NCBI GenBank assembly: GCA_021325435.1
Contig: JAJPHE010000010.1
Span: forward strand, 8,647 to 72,646
DNA: 64,000 bases
Reading direction: 5' to 3'
Source of the DNA: Actinomycetota bacterium
GTDB lineage: Bacteria; Actinomycetota; Acidimicrobiia; Acidimicrobiales; JAJPHE01
Shown in pieces: positions 46,987 through 55,416 of the stretch. The notes beneath the pieces were generated by a model. It made no database searches. It was not told the origin of the DNA and worked only from the letters and a program-made list of their open reading frames with translations. Numbering within the stretch: position 1 is the first letter of the stretch; each line of letters opens with the position of its first letter. The translations under genes and the position numbers were made by a program.

Positions 46987-47195
46987 CGTCTCACCCGCTG
47001 GCTGCCCACAGTACGACCCGACAGCGCTCCGGCCAGCAGCGGCGCCAACTCCTCGGCGCTGACCCGGTGCTTGGTGACCCGCCGGTTGAGCCACATCACG
47101 TGGCGCCCGTCGCTGGCCTCGGCCCGCTCCACGAGATGGGCGGCCAGCGCCTCGAGGTCGGGCGCCGGCGCCGCGCACACCGGGCAGGCGTCCAT
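46983..47195 (-). other. C2H2-like zinc-finger module (70 aa), possibly also translated separately from ATG 47195
   Basis: CxxC-x12-H-x11-H; GGAG 9 nt upstream of the internal ATG. Confidence 0.65.
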
Positions 47196-48140
47196 CTTCT
47201 CCGGCTCCGTCGCATCGGCGGCGGCACCCGCCGATGAGGAGGCCGGCGCCCGCCGGCTGGCCAGCAGGCCGATGCCCACCCAGGCCAGGTCGACGAGGAG
47301 ATCCCACAGCCGCAGGGCCACCGACAGGGCGGCGGCGTTGCCGAACCCGTAGCGCGAGGAGAGGGTGAGGGCCAGCACGCCTTCGCGCACGCCGAGGCCT
47401 CCGGGGGCGATGCTGACCAGCCCGGCCACGGCGGCGGCGTTGAACGCCCCGACCAGCGGGCCCACGTCGCCCAGGTGGACGGGCAGGAGGGCGGCGGCCA
47501 GGGCGACGAACGCGCCCGACCGCACGACCGAGTTGAGCCCGTACCAGGCGGCGGCCCGGTAGGTGGGCACGGTCCCCTCGGGGCCCCGCAGGGGCGCCGG
47601 CAGCCGGGGGACGAGGGCGGCGGCGATCCGCAGCCCGGCGGGCAGCGCCACCAGGATGAGGACCCCCCCGGCGGCGACGAGGGCCCGGGCCCAGGCGGCC
47701 AGCACCGAGGAGGGCAGCAGGGCGCCGGTCAGGACCGAGCCCCACGCCACGATGACGCCCACCTCGACGGGCAGCGACCAGCCGGCGAGGAAGCGGGGCA
47801 CGCCCTCCCGCCCGGCCAGCACCACCCGGGTGGCCAGAGCGGCCGCCCCCGTCGGCACGTACCGGCTGATCTGGGCCAGCCACCACACCCGCAGGGCCCG
47901 GCCGAGGGGCAGGGCCGACCCGTAGGCGGCCAGCAGCGAGCGCCACCCGACCGGCAGGAGGAGGCCCCCGGCCACGCTGGCCGGGGCGGCCAGGGCGAAC
48001 CAAACCGGGCGGACCCGCAGGTGGATGTGGCGCAGGGAGCTCACGTTGTCGGCGCCGACCCGCACCACCACCACCGCCACCCCGGCCACCAGGGCGAGGC
48101 GGAGCCCCCACGCCCCCCACCGGCGCAGCCCGGGGCTCAC
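46983..48140 (-). CDS. Lysylphosphatidylglycerol-synthase-TM/flippase-like membrane protein fused in frame to a C2H2-like zinc-finger module
   Basis: GTGA overlap at 48140; SRYVP and APGGLGVREG motifs; no stop before MDACPVC...AAHL...DGRHVMWLNR. Confidence 0.8.
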   Translation of the reverse strand: MSPGLRRWGAWGLRLALVAGVAVVVVRVGADNVSSLRHIHLRVRPVWFALAAPASVAGGLLLPVGWRSLLAAYGSALPLGRALRVWWLAQISRYVPTGAAALATRVVLAGREGVPRFLAGWSLPVEVGVIVAWGSVLTGALLPSSVLAAWARALVAAGGVLILVALPAGLRIAAALVPRLPAPLRGPEGTVPTYRAAAWYGLNSVVRSGAFVALAAALLPVHLGDVGPLVGAFNAAAVAGLVSIAPGGLGVREGVLALTLSSRYGFGNAAALSVALRLWDLLVDLAWVGIGLLASRRAPASSSAGAAADATEPEKMDACPVCAAPAPDLEALAAHLVERAEASDGRHVMWLNRRVTKHRVSAEELAPLLAGALSGRTVGSQRVRR

Positions 48141-49258
48141 CGGCCCAGCACCCGCCGGTAGGCGGCGGCGTGGGCCTCGGCCACCGCCGCGGGGTCGTGG
48201 GCGGCCACCGCGGCGGCGGCGGTGACGGCGGGCAGGGGCAGCCGGCGCAGGGCGGCGGCCAGGGCGTCGGGGTCGTCGGGGGGAACGAGGACGCCGTCGT
48301 CGCCGACCGTCTCGACCAACCCCCCCACCGCGCTGGCCACCACCGGCCGGCCCCGGGCCAGGGCGTCGACGGCGATGAGGCCGAGGCCCTCCCGCCGGCT
48401 GGGGACCACCAGGGCGTGCGCCTCGTCGATGCGGCGCACCAGGTCCGGGCGGCCGCCCGCCCCCACCAGCTCGACGGCGCCGGACGCCGAGGCCAGGGCC
48501 CGCAGGGGCGCCTCGAGGGGACCGTCGCCCATCAGCACCAGGCGCACCGCGAACCCGTCGGCTGCCAGCCGGTTGACGGCGGAGATGGCGACGTCGAACC
48601 CCTTCTCGGGCATGAGCCGGCCGCAGGCGAACAGCCGCAGCGGGGGGTGGGGCGGCAGGGCCGCCGGCGGCGCCGGGTCGGGCACCACCGGCATGCGCAG
48701 CACCTCCACGGCCCCCCCGGTCACCCCCGCCACCTCGGAGGCCAGGGCGTCGGACACGGCGGCGACCAGGGCGGCCCGGCGCAGCACGGCCCGGGCTACG
48801 GGCCGCAGGCGGGGGCGGCCGGCCAGGTGGACGTCGGAGCCGTGGCAGGTGACGACGAGGGGCACGCCGGCGGCCCGGGCCGCCACCACGCCGGCGGCCC
48901 CGGCGGGCAGCCACCAGTGGGCGTGGACCAGGTCGACCCGCTGGCGGCGGGCGGCCCGGCCGGCGGCGGCGGCGAAGGCGGCGAGGAAGCCGGGGAGGGC
49001 GGCGGCCCCGACCGGGGTGGTGGCGGTGCGCATCAGGCCGCCCTGGTAGGCGAGGACCTGGAGCCCTTCGGGGGCGTAGCGGAAGCGGTGCACCGGCGCC
49101 CCGATGACGTCGTCCTCGGGCAACCCCGGCGCGTGGGGGGCCAGCACCGACGGGGAGATCCCGGCGCGGGTCTGGGCGGCCACCAGCTCGGCCAGGTAGG
49201 GAGCCTGGTGGTCCCCCTCCCACCGGGGGAACGAGGACGTGAGGTGGAGGACCTTCAC
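48137..49258 (-). CDS. GT4-family glycosyltransferase
   Basis: TSSFPRW, HAHWW, VTCHGSD, GRLMPEKG and EGLGLIAVDALARG (atypical EX7D). Confidence 0.92.
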   Translation of the reverse strand: MKVLHLTSSFPRWEGDHQAPYLAELVAAQTRAGISPSVLAPHAPGLPEDDVIGAPVHRFRYAPEGLQVLAYQGGLMRTATTPVGAAALPGFLAAFAAAAGRAARRQRVDLVHAHWWLPAGAAGVVAARAAGVPLVVTCHGSDVHLAGRPRLRPVARAVLRRAALVAAVSDALASEVAGVTGGAVEVLRMPVVPDPAPPAALPPHPPLRLFACGRLMPEKGFDVAISAVNRLAADGFAVRLVLMGDGPLEAPLRALASASGAVELVGAGGRPDLVRRIDEAHALVVPSRREGLGLIAVDALARGRPVVASAVGGLVETVGDDGVLVPPDDPDALAAALRRLPLPAVTAAAAVAAHDPAAVAEAHAAAYRRVLGR

Positions 49259-49270
49259 CGCGTCAACCGG

Positions 49271-51496
49271 TCACCGGGTCACCCGCACGTGCAGCCACAG
49301 CGGCGGGGTGGAGGCGTCGAAGGTGGTGACGCTCTCCTGGATGAGCGACATCCGCACGTCGTAGTCGCCGGGCGGCAGGGGGCGCCCGCCCGGCCCTTCC
49401 GGGTCGAGCACGGCTGCGACCGAGGCGGAGCGGCCCGGCAGGAGGGTGGTGGGCAGGTCGGCCCGCCCGGTCGCCACCGCCTCGGAGTCGGAGCGGTGGG
49501 AGGAGCCGGCGGGGAACCACCACACGCCGACCCGCACCGCGTAGCGGGGGACGGTCCCGACGCTGGACGCGTCGGGCCAGGGGGAGCCGGCCCCGAGGTG
49601 CACGAGGCGCACCTCGACGGTCACCTGCCCGCCGGCGGCCACGTTGAGGGTCGAGCCGGGCGTCCCCGCCGGCGACTCCAGGGTGATCGATCCCCGCTCC
49701 GCCGAGGTCGGCAGGGGGGCGGGGAATCCGGCGGGCAGCAGCCACCCGGCGGCGTCGAGGCGAGACTGGAGCGGCCCGGGCAGGACCCACACCGCCTCGG
49801 GTGAGTGCCCGTAGCTGACCAGGCGGGCCCCGGAGTAGACGGCGTGGCGGGCCGACAGGTCGCGGGCGGCGGCGACCAGGGGCGAGCAGGGGGCCTGGGC
49901 CTTGGTCGAGTCGAAGACCACGAACGGGACGGTGGGGTCGAACAGGCGGGAGTCGAAGAAGTTCCAGTCGTCGCCGGTCGACACGTCCCAGCCCACGCAG
50001 CCCGGGTCGCCGAACTGGCTCTGGACGGCGACCAGCTTGGCCGGCAGGGCCCGCTCGGTGTGGGCCGCCACCGACTGGCCGACCACCACGGACTGGCCGT
50101 AGGCGGTGGCCGGCACGAACACGGCGACCACGGCGGCGGCGCCGGCCACCGCCCGCCACCGGTAGAGCAGGACCACGGCGAGGGTCGCCCCCAGCCCGGC
50201 GGCGGCGAACAGCCACACCTCGAGGGCGCCGCCGGTCAGGCGGAACAGATGGTCGACGGCGAAGGTGTTCGTCTGCTGCACGACGCCGGTGACCCGCGCC
50301 CCCCGGTAGACGGTCACCGCCGCGCTCGTCACCAACAGGCCAGCGACGGCCAGGCCGATGGCGGCCCGCCGGGGCCGGGGTCCCCACCGGCCCGCCGCTG
50401 CCACCGCCCCGACCAGCATCACCGGCACCGCCACCACCTCGACGTAGCGGCCGTAGATGGCGATGTCGACCCGCTGGGCTCCCCCCAGCACCACGGCGGA
50501 CAGGCCGGCCACGCCCAGCAGGCAGAAGCCGAGGAAGCCGGCGAGCACGGTGCGGGCCCGGGGCAGGGCCGCCACGCCGAGGGCGACGAGCCCGGCGCTG
50601 CCGACCAGCAGGTAGAGCAGCTCGCCGGCGCCCACCCCGAGGGCCCGACCGATCCCGCCGGCGGACAGGGTCCGGCTGGCGACGGCGCCGGCGCCCGCCC
50701 CGGCGTGGGGGAGGTGCTGGCTCGGCACCACCTTGGTCACCCACAGGGTGAAGGCCTCGGACAGGCCGACCACCACCGCGGCCACGCCGCCCGTCTGGGC
50801 GAGGAGGCGGGCGTTGGGCCCCCACGGGCGCAGGGCCCAGGCCGCGGCGAGCACCACCCCGACGGTCACCACCGCGGCCCGAGGGTGCACCGCCACCAGG
50901 GCGGCCGACGCCCCGGCGGCGGCCGGCCACCACCGCCGGTCGGCGCCGGCCCGCGCCACCAGCAGGCACACGGCGAGGATGCCCGGCACCAGCAGGTTCT
51001 CCGACTCGACGATGTTCGAGTAGAGGACGATCGGCGGGAAGGCGGCCACGGCCAGGGTGGCGCCGACCCACAGCCCGGTGGACCCCCGGGGGGCCAGCCG
51101 GCGGGCCAGGGCGTAGAGCAGGACGGTGGTGACCCCGGCCAGCACGGCGTTGAGGTCGAGGGCGAGGCGGTAGACGGTGGCCGGGGTGCTGGAGATCCAC
51201 CACAGCGGCACCAGCAGCACCGGGTAGCCGGGGGCGTACGGCATTCCCGGGCGGGGGCCGCCGTGGGCGAGCCAGTGGGCGTCCATCAGATAGCCGAACT
51301 CGTCGGCCTGCACGATCGGGGTGCGCATCGAGCGCGACAGGGCGAGGTGGACCCCGACGGTGAGGAAGAACAGCACCGGTGGCACCAGCCCGGCGGCCAG
51401 GATGGCGGGCTTGGGGACCGGGCGGGTCGTGCCGGCAGGGGGGTCCCACCCGGCCACGATCTCCGGCGACTTGGCGCGGGGCGGGGACGTGGGCAC
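49271..51496 (-). CDS. Large polytopic membrane protein (GT-C-like) with C-terminal extracellular domain
   Basis: ADEFGYL early loop, YAPGYPVLL, more than 10 TM segments, GRY and a soluble C-terminal beta-rich region. Confidence 0.7.
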   Translation of the reverse strand: MPTSPPRAKSPEIVAGWDPPAGTTRPVPKPAILAAGLVPPVLFFLTVGVHLALSRSMRTPIVQADEFGYLMDAHWLAHGGPRPGMPYAPGYPVLLVPLWWISSTPATVYRLALDLNAVLAGVTTVLLYALARRLAPRGSTGLWVGATLAVAAFPPIVLYSNIVESENLLVPGILAVCLLVARAGADRRWWPAAAGASAALVAVHPRAAVVTVGVVLAAAWALRPWGPNARLLAQTGGVAAVVVGLSEAFTLWVTKVVPSQHLPHAGAGAGAVASRTLSAGGIGRALGVGAGELLYLLVGSAGLVALGVAALPRARTVLAGFLGFCLLGVAGLSAVVLGGAQRVDIAIYGRYVEVVAVPVMLVGAVAAAGRWGPRPRRAAIGLAVAGLLVTSAAVTVYRGARVTGVVQQTNTFAVDHLFRLTGGALEVWLFAAAGLGATLAVVLLYRWRAVAGAAAVVAVFVPATAYGQSVVVGQSVAAHTERALPAKLVAVQSQFGDPGCVGWDVSTGDDWNFFDSRLFDPTVPFVVFDSTKAQAPCSPLVAAARDLSARHAVYSGARLVSYGHSPEAVWVLPGPLQSRLDAAGWLLPAGFPAPLPTSAERGSITLESPAGTPGSTLNVAAGGQVTVEVRLVHLGAGSPWPDASSVGTVPRYAVRVGVWWFPAGSSHRSDSEAVATGRADLPTTLLPGRSASVAAVLDPEGPGGRPLPPGDYDVRMSLIQESVTTFDASTPPLWLHVRVTR

Positions 51497-51511
51497 GGCT
51501 GCGCCGGCAGC

Positions 51512-53740
51512 CTACGGGGGGAAGATGGTGGTGGTCGTGCCGAACGGCGGCGCCGTGGTGGTCGTCGTCGACGACGACGTCGTGGTGGTGGTCGGCGCGT
51601 AGGCCCGCGGTCCGGGGGTGCCCTGGTAGTAGCTGCCGCCGGCGCCGATGTCGGACGGGTAGCGGCGGTAGCCGGCGGTCATGACCGGCTTCTGGCCCGG
51701 ATGGCTGAACTGGCCGAGCACGTCAGGCGGCGGCGGCGGGGGGGGCGGGGGGCTGGCGAAGTTGAGGGCGGGCTGGCCCTGCAGGGCGGCCGACATGTAG
51801 TCGGCCCACGTCTTGGCCGGCACCGTGCCCCCGTACATGCAGGGGACCCCCTCCACCCCGCGCATGGGCTCGGTGGTGCTGTCGATGTGGCCCATCCACA
51901 CCGACGTCGACAGCTGCGGGGTGTAGCCGTTGTACCAGGCGTTGCTGCAGTTCTCGGCCGTGCCGGTCTTGCCCGCCTCCGGGCGGCCGATCTCGGCGTT
52001 GGGGTAGCCGGTGCCGTGGGCGGGCACGCCCTCGAGCACGTTGGTGAGGGTGGAGGCCAGCTCGGCGGAGATCACCCGCTCCCCCGCCGGCTGGGTGTTG
52101 TCGATCAGCGTCTTGCCGGTGGCGTCCACCACTTTGATGATCGGCGTCGGGGCCATGCGCACGCCGAGGTTCGGCAGCACCCCGTAGGCGGAGGCCATGT
52201 CGAGGGGCGACACGCCGATGACGCCGAGGGTGTAGGACAGGCCGTGGACCTGGGGGCTGTACCAGGCCGAGGTGATCCCCATCTTCTTGGCCATCTCGGC
52301 CACCGGCTTGACGCCGACGTCGTTGATCAGCTGCACGAAGACGGTGTTGATCGAAAGCCAGGTGGCCGAGCGCAGGTTGTAGTAGCCGCCGCCCTCGCTC
52401 TCGGCGTTGTGGGCGGTGTAGCCGGCGATGGTGATCGACGGCGGCCCGGGGTAGGTGCGGTTGAGCGAGAAGCCCTTGTCGAGGGCGGCGGCCAGGGTGA
52501 ACAGCTTGAACCCGGAGCCGGGCGGCATGCCCCCACCGCCACCGCCGACGGTGCTGGCCGGGTCGTCCCAGCACGAGGCCGTCACCTCGATGTGGATGAT
52601 GGGATTGGTCGGCTCGGCGGGGCACCCGCCGAGGGCGATGTTCACCTGGGACTGGTCGTAGCCCCGGCCTCCGACGAGCGCCTTCACGTATCCGGTGGCG
52701 GGCTCGACCGACGCCAGGGACATGTCGAGCGGGTAGCGGGTCCCGTCCAGACCCCGGCCCACGGCGGCCTCGGCGAAGCGCTGCAGGTTGGGGTCGAGGG
52801 TGGTCTGGATGCGCAGGCCGCCGCCGTACAGGGCGTCGGGGCCGAGACGTTGCAGCAGGTAGCGCTTCACGTAGTCGACGAAGTACGGGTACTGCGGCGT
52901 CTTTTCCTGCTCGGGGCCGAAGATGGCGGTGACCGGCACGCCCGGCTTCACCTGGGGGGCGAGCACCAGCCGCTCCTGCAACGCCTGGCTGTAGTCGGCC
53001 GCGCTCAGGTAGTGCTGCTGGTACATGAGGCCGAGCACCGTCACCCGCCGGGCCTCGGCTCCAGCCATGTTCGTCAACGGGTCGTAGTAGCTGGGGGCGG
53101 GCAGCACGCCGACGAGGGTCGCCGCCTGCGACGCGTCCAGCTGGTGCACCTGGGTGCGGAAGAACGTCTGGGCCGCGGCCGCCGCCCCGTAGGAGCCCTC
53201 ACCGAAGTACACGTTGGCCAGGTAGTTGAAGAGGATGGCGTCCTTGCTCTCGCGCCGGCTTATCTCGCTGGCCAGGATGGCCTCGTGCACCTTGCGGACC
53301 AGGTCACGTTTGCCGCTGGTGTAGGAGATCTTCACGTACTGCTGGGTGATGGTGGAGCCGCCCTGCACCACCCCGCCGTGCATCACGTCGTCGTAGAGGG
53401 CTCGCAGCGTGCCCCGCACCGACACTCCGCCCTCGTGGTAGAAGTTGCGGTCCTCCGAGGAAATCAGGGCGTTCTTCAGCACCACCGGTATGTCGCTCGG
53501 TTGCATGGGCAGGTCTCGCCCCGCCTGGCGGAACTCGGCGATCTGGTTCCCCTGGCTGTCGTACACGACGCTCGGGTCGGCCAGCAGGTGGGCCTTGGGT
53601 TGGGGCAGGGAGGCCGGCAGCGGCAGGAACACGAAGCTGCCGAGGATGGTGACCCCGCACAGCACCGGCACGCCCACGGCCAACAGGACCGCGGCTATCA
53701 GCACCCGGCCCATCTGCCGGGCGGCGCGCCACACGAGCAT
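51512..53740 (-). CDS. Class A penicillin-binding protein (transglycosylase-transpeptidase)
   Basis: EDRNFY, GGSTITQQYVK, RKVHE, YLANVYFG; SGFK, SIN and KTG. Confidence 0.95.
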   Translation of the reverse strand: MLVWRAARQMGRVLIAAVLLAVGVPVLCGVTILGSFVFLPLPASLPQPKAHLLADPSVVYDSQGNQIAEFRQAGRDLPMQPSDIPVVLKNALISSEDRNFYHEGGVSVRGTLRALYDDVMHGGVVQGGSTITQQYVKISYTSGKRDLVRKVHEAILASEISRRESKDAILFNYLANVYFGEGSYGAAAAAQTFFRTQVHQLDASQAATLVGVLPAPSYYDPLTNMAGAEARRVTVLGLMYQQHYLSAADYSQALQERLVLAPQVKPGVPVTAIFGPEQEKTPQYPYFVDYVKRYLLQRLGPDALYGGGLRIQTTLDPNLQRFAEAAVGRGLDGTRYPLDMSLASVEPATGYVKALVGGRGYDQSQVNIALGGCPAEPTNPIIHIEVTASCWDDPASTVGGGGGGMPPGSGFKLFTLAAALDKGFSLNRTYPGPPSITIAGYTAHNAESEGGGYYNLRSATWLSINTVFVQLINDVGVKPVAEMAKKMGITSAWYSPQVHGLSYTLGVIGVSPLDMASAYGVLPNLGVRMAPTPIIKVVDATGKTLIDNTQPAGERVISAELASTLTNVLEGVPAHGTGYPNAEIGRPEAGKTGTAENCSNAWYNGYTPQLSTSVWMGHIDSTTEPMRGVEGVPCMYGGTVPAKTWADYMSAALQGQPALNFASPPPPPPPPPDVLGQFSHPGQKPVMTAGYRRYPSDIGAGGSYYQGTPGPRAYAPTTTTTSSSTTTTTAPPFGTTTTIFPP

Positions 53741-53800
53741 CGCCGCATGTTGTCAGACGCGGCCCGCCCCGCCTGCTCACCCCTGCCCGACGGTGGCAGC

Positions 53801-54397
53801 ATGGCGGGCGTGAGGGTCGCCGTTGTCGTCGCCGCCCTCGGGGCTGCCGCCACCCTGGCCGCCTGCGGGGTGCCGACCGACTCCCACCCGGTGGATCTGG
53901 CCAGCGGCGACGTCCCCTTCGGGTTGGTGGGGGGCCGGGCGTTCACCGACACGACTCTGCCCGGGCCCAACACCCCGGTGTCCCTGGTGCAGGTGTACTT
54001 CGTCTCCGGTGACCGCCTGGTCGCCGCCGGGCGGGCGGTTCCCAGCCCGGCCACCCTCGAACGCTCGCTGACCTCGTTGCTCGCCGGGCCCACGCCGAAG
54101 GAGGCCGACGCCGGCATCCGCTCGGCGATCGGCGAGGACACCACCGTGCTCGACGCCCGGGTGGCGGCGGGCCGGGCCGCCATCGACCTGTCGGCCTCCT
54201 TCGCCGACAGCGAGGGGGCCGACCAGATCCTCGCCGTGGGCCAGCTCGTCTACACGGCCACCGCCCTGCCCGGGGTGGGGGAGGTCAGCTTCGAGCTGGC
54301 CGGCGTTCCGGTGGCGGTGCCGGCGGCGGACGGCACCCTGCAGAGCGAGCCGGTGACCCGCCAGCAGTACGCCCCGCTGCTGGTTCCCGGCGGCTGA
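53801..54397 (+). CDS. GerMN-domain lipoprotein
   Basis: Lipobox LAAC, VYFV, LLAGPT..E...GIRSAI and QLVYTAT. Confidence 0.85.
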   Translation: MAGVRVAVVVAALGAAATLAACGVPTDSHPVDLASGDVPFGLVGGRAFTDTTLPGPNTPVSLVQVYFVSGDRLVAAGRAVPSPATLERSLTSLLAGPTPKEADAGIRSAIGEDTTVLDARVAAGRAAIDLSASFADSEGADQILAVGQLVYTATALPGVGEVSFELAGVPVAVPAADGTLQSEPVTRQQYAPLLVPGG

Positions 54398-54407
54398 GCG
54401 GGCCGGG

Positions 54408-54671
54408 CTACTCGGTGCTGTCCGCCCCGCAGGTGGGGCAGGGGCCTCCGGCGTGGATCTCCGAGCGGAGCAGGTTGGTGCCGGCCCCGTCGAGGGACAC
54501 CTCGAGCCGCCCGGTGTCGCGGTCGACGGTCACCTCGGCGTACGGGCGCCACTCGATGCTGCCCGTGGCCAGGGGCACCCCGCGGGGCACCCGGGCGAAC
54601 CGGCGCCGGCCGGTGTCGAACGCCCACGTGGTGGTGCAGGATTCGGCGAGAAGGAGGTCGGTGGTCGTCAT
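54408..54671 (-). CDS. Small hypothetical protein with C-terminal H-x4-CxxC
   Basis: 87-aa ORF with typical codon use. Confidence 0.6.
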   Translation of the reverse strand: MTTTDLLLAESCTTTWAFDTGRRRFARVPRGVPLATGSIEWRPYAEVTVDRDTGRLEVSLDGAGTNLLRSEIHAGGPCPTCGADSTE

Positions 54672-54738
54672 AGCGGTTTCTCTGAGCTACCCGGATCCTG
54701 GCAGACCTAACAGGGCAGAGTCGAGGAGAATTGACGCC

Positions 54739-55416
54739 GTGCCGGCACGGATCCTGATCGTGGAGGACGACGAGCGGATCCGGGCTTCCACCCGCCTGGC
54801 CCTCGAGGACGAGGGCTACGACGTCGACGAGGCGGGGACGGCCGAGGAGGCCCTCACCGCCTTCGGCCCCCACGACGTGGTGCTGGTCGACCTCATGCTG
54901 CCCGGGGCCGACGGCTTCGAGCTGTGCCGCCTCCTGCGGCGCGAGAGCGGCGTGCCCATCGTCATGGTGACGGCCCGTTCCGACACCCACGACGTGGTCG
55001 CCGGCCTCGAGGCCGGCGCCGACGACTACGTGACCAAGCCGTTCGTGGTGAAGGAGCTGTCGGCCCGCATCCGGGCCTTGCTGCGTCGGGCCCGGGCCGG
55101 CGGAGCAGGGCCGGCCACCGCCCTGACCTTCGGCAACCTCGAGATCCGCCCCGACGCCGGCGAGGTCCGCCTCGACGGGCGGACGGTGCACCTGACCCGC
55201 ACCGAGTTCCACCTGCTGTGCGAGCTGGCCGAGAACGCCGGCAAGGTCCTGTCCCGCGAGCAGCTGCTCGAGCGGGTGTGGGGCTACGGGTACTTCGGCG
55301 ACGCCCGGCTGGTGGACGTGCACGTCCGGCGGCTGCGGACCAAGGTGGAGCGCGACCCGGCGGCTCCCACCCACGTCGTGACCGTCCGGGGCCTCGGCTA
55401 CAAGCTGGCCCCGTGA
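54739..55416 (+). CDS. OmpR-family response regulator (CseB/MtrA-like)
   Basis: GTG at 54739; VEDD, DLMLPG, GADDYVTKPF and VDVHVRRLRTK. Confidence 0.95.
   Translation: MPARILIVEDDERIRASTRLALEDEGYDVDEAGTAEEALTAFGPHDVVLVDLMLPGADGFELCRLLRRESGVPIVMVTARSDTHDVVAGLEAGADDYVTKPFVVKELSARIRALLRRARAGGAGPATALTFGNLEIRPDAGEVRLDGRTVHLTRTEFHLLCELAENAGKVLSREQLLERVWGYGYFGDARLVDVHVRRLRTKVERDPAAPTHVVTVRGLGYKLAP

Noticed and set aside
49805-54397. 1530-aa plus-strand ORF and other very long overlapping ORFs (e.g. 55398-58289, 25220-27793 N-part, 40145-42745 N-part)
   Set aside because: These are shadow or antisense frames expected at this GC content: Arg/Gly/Pro-rich with no motifs. Only the motif-bearing 3' parts are real genes.
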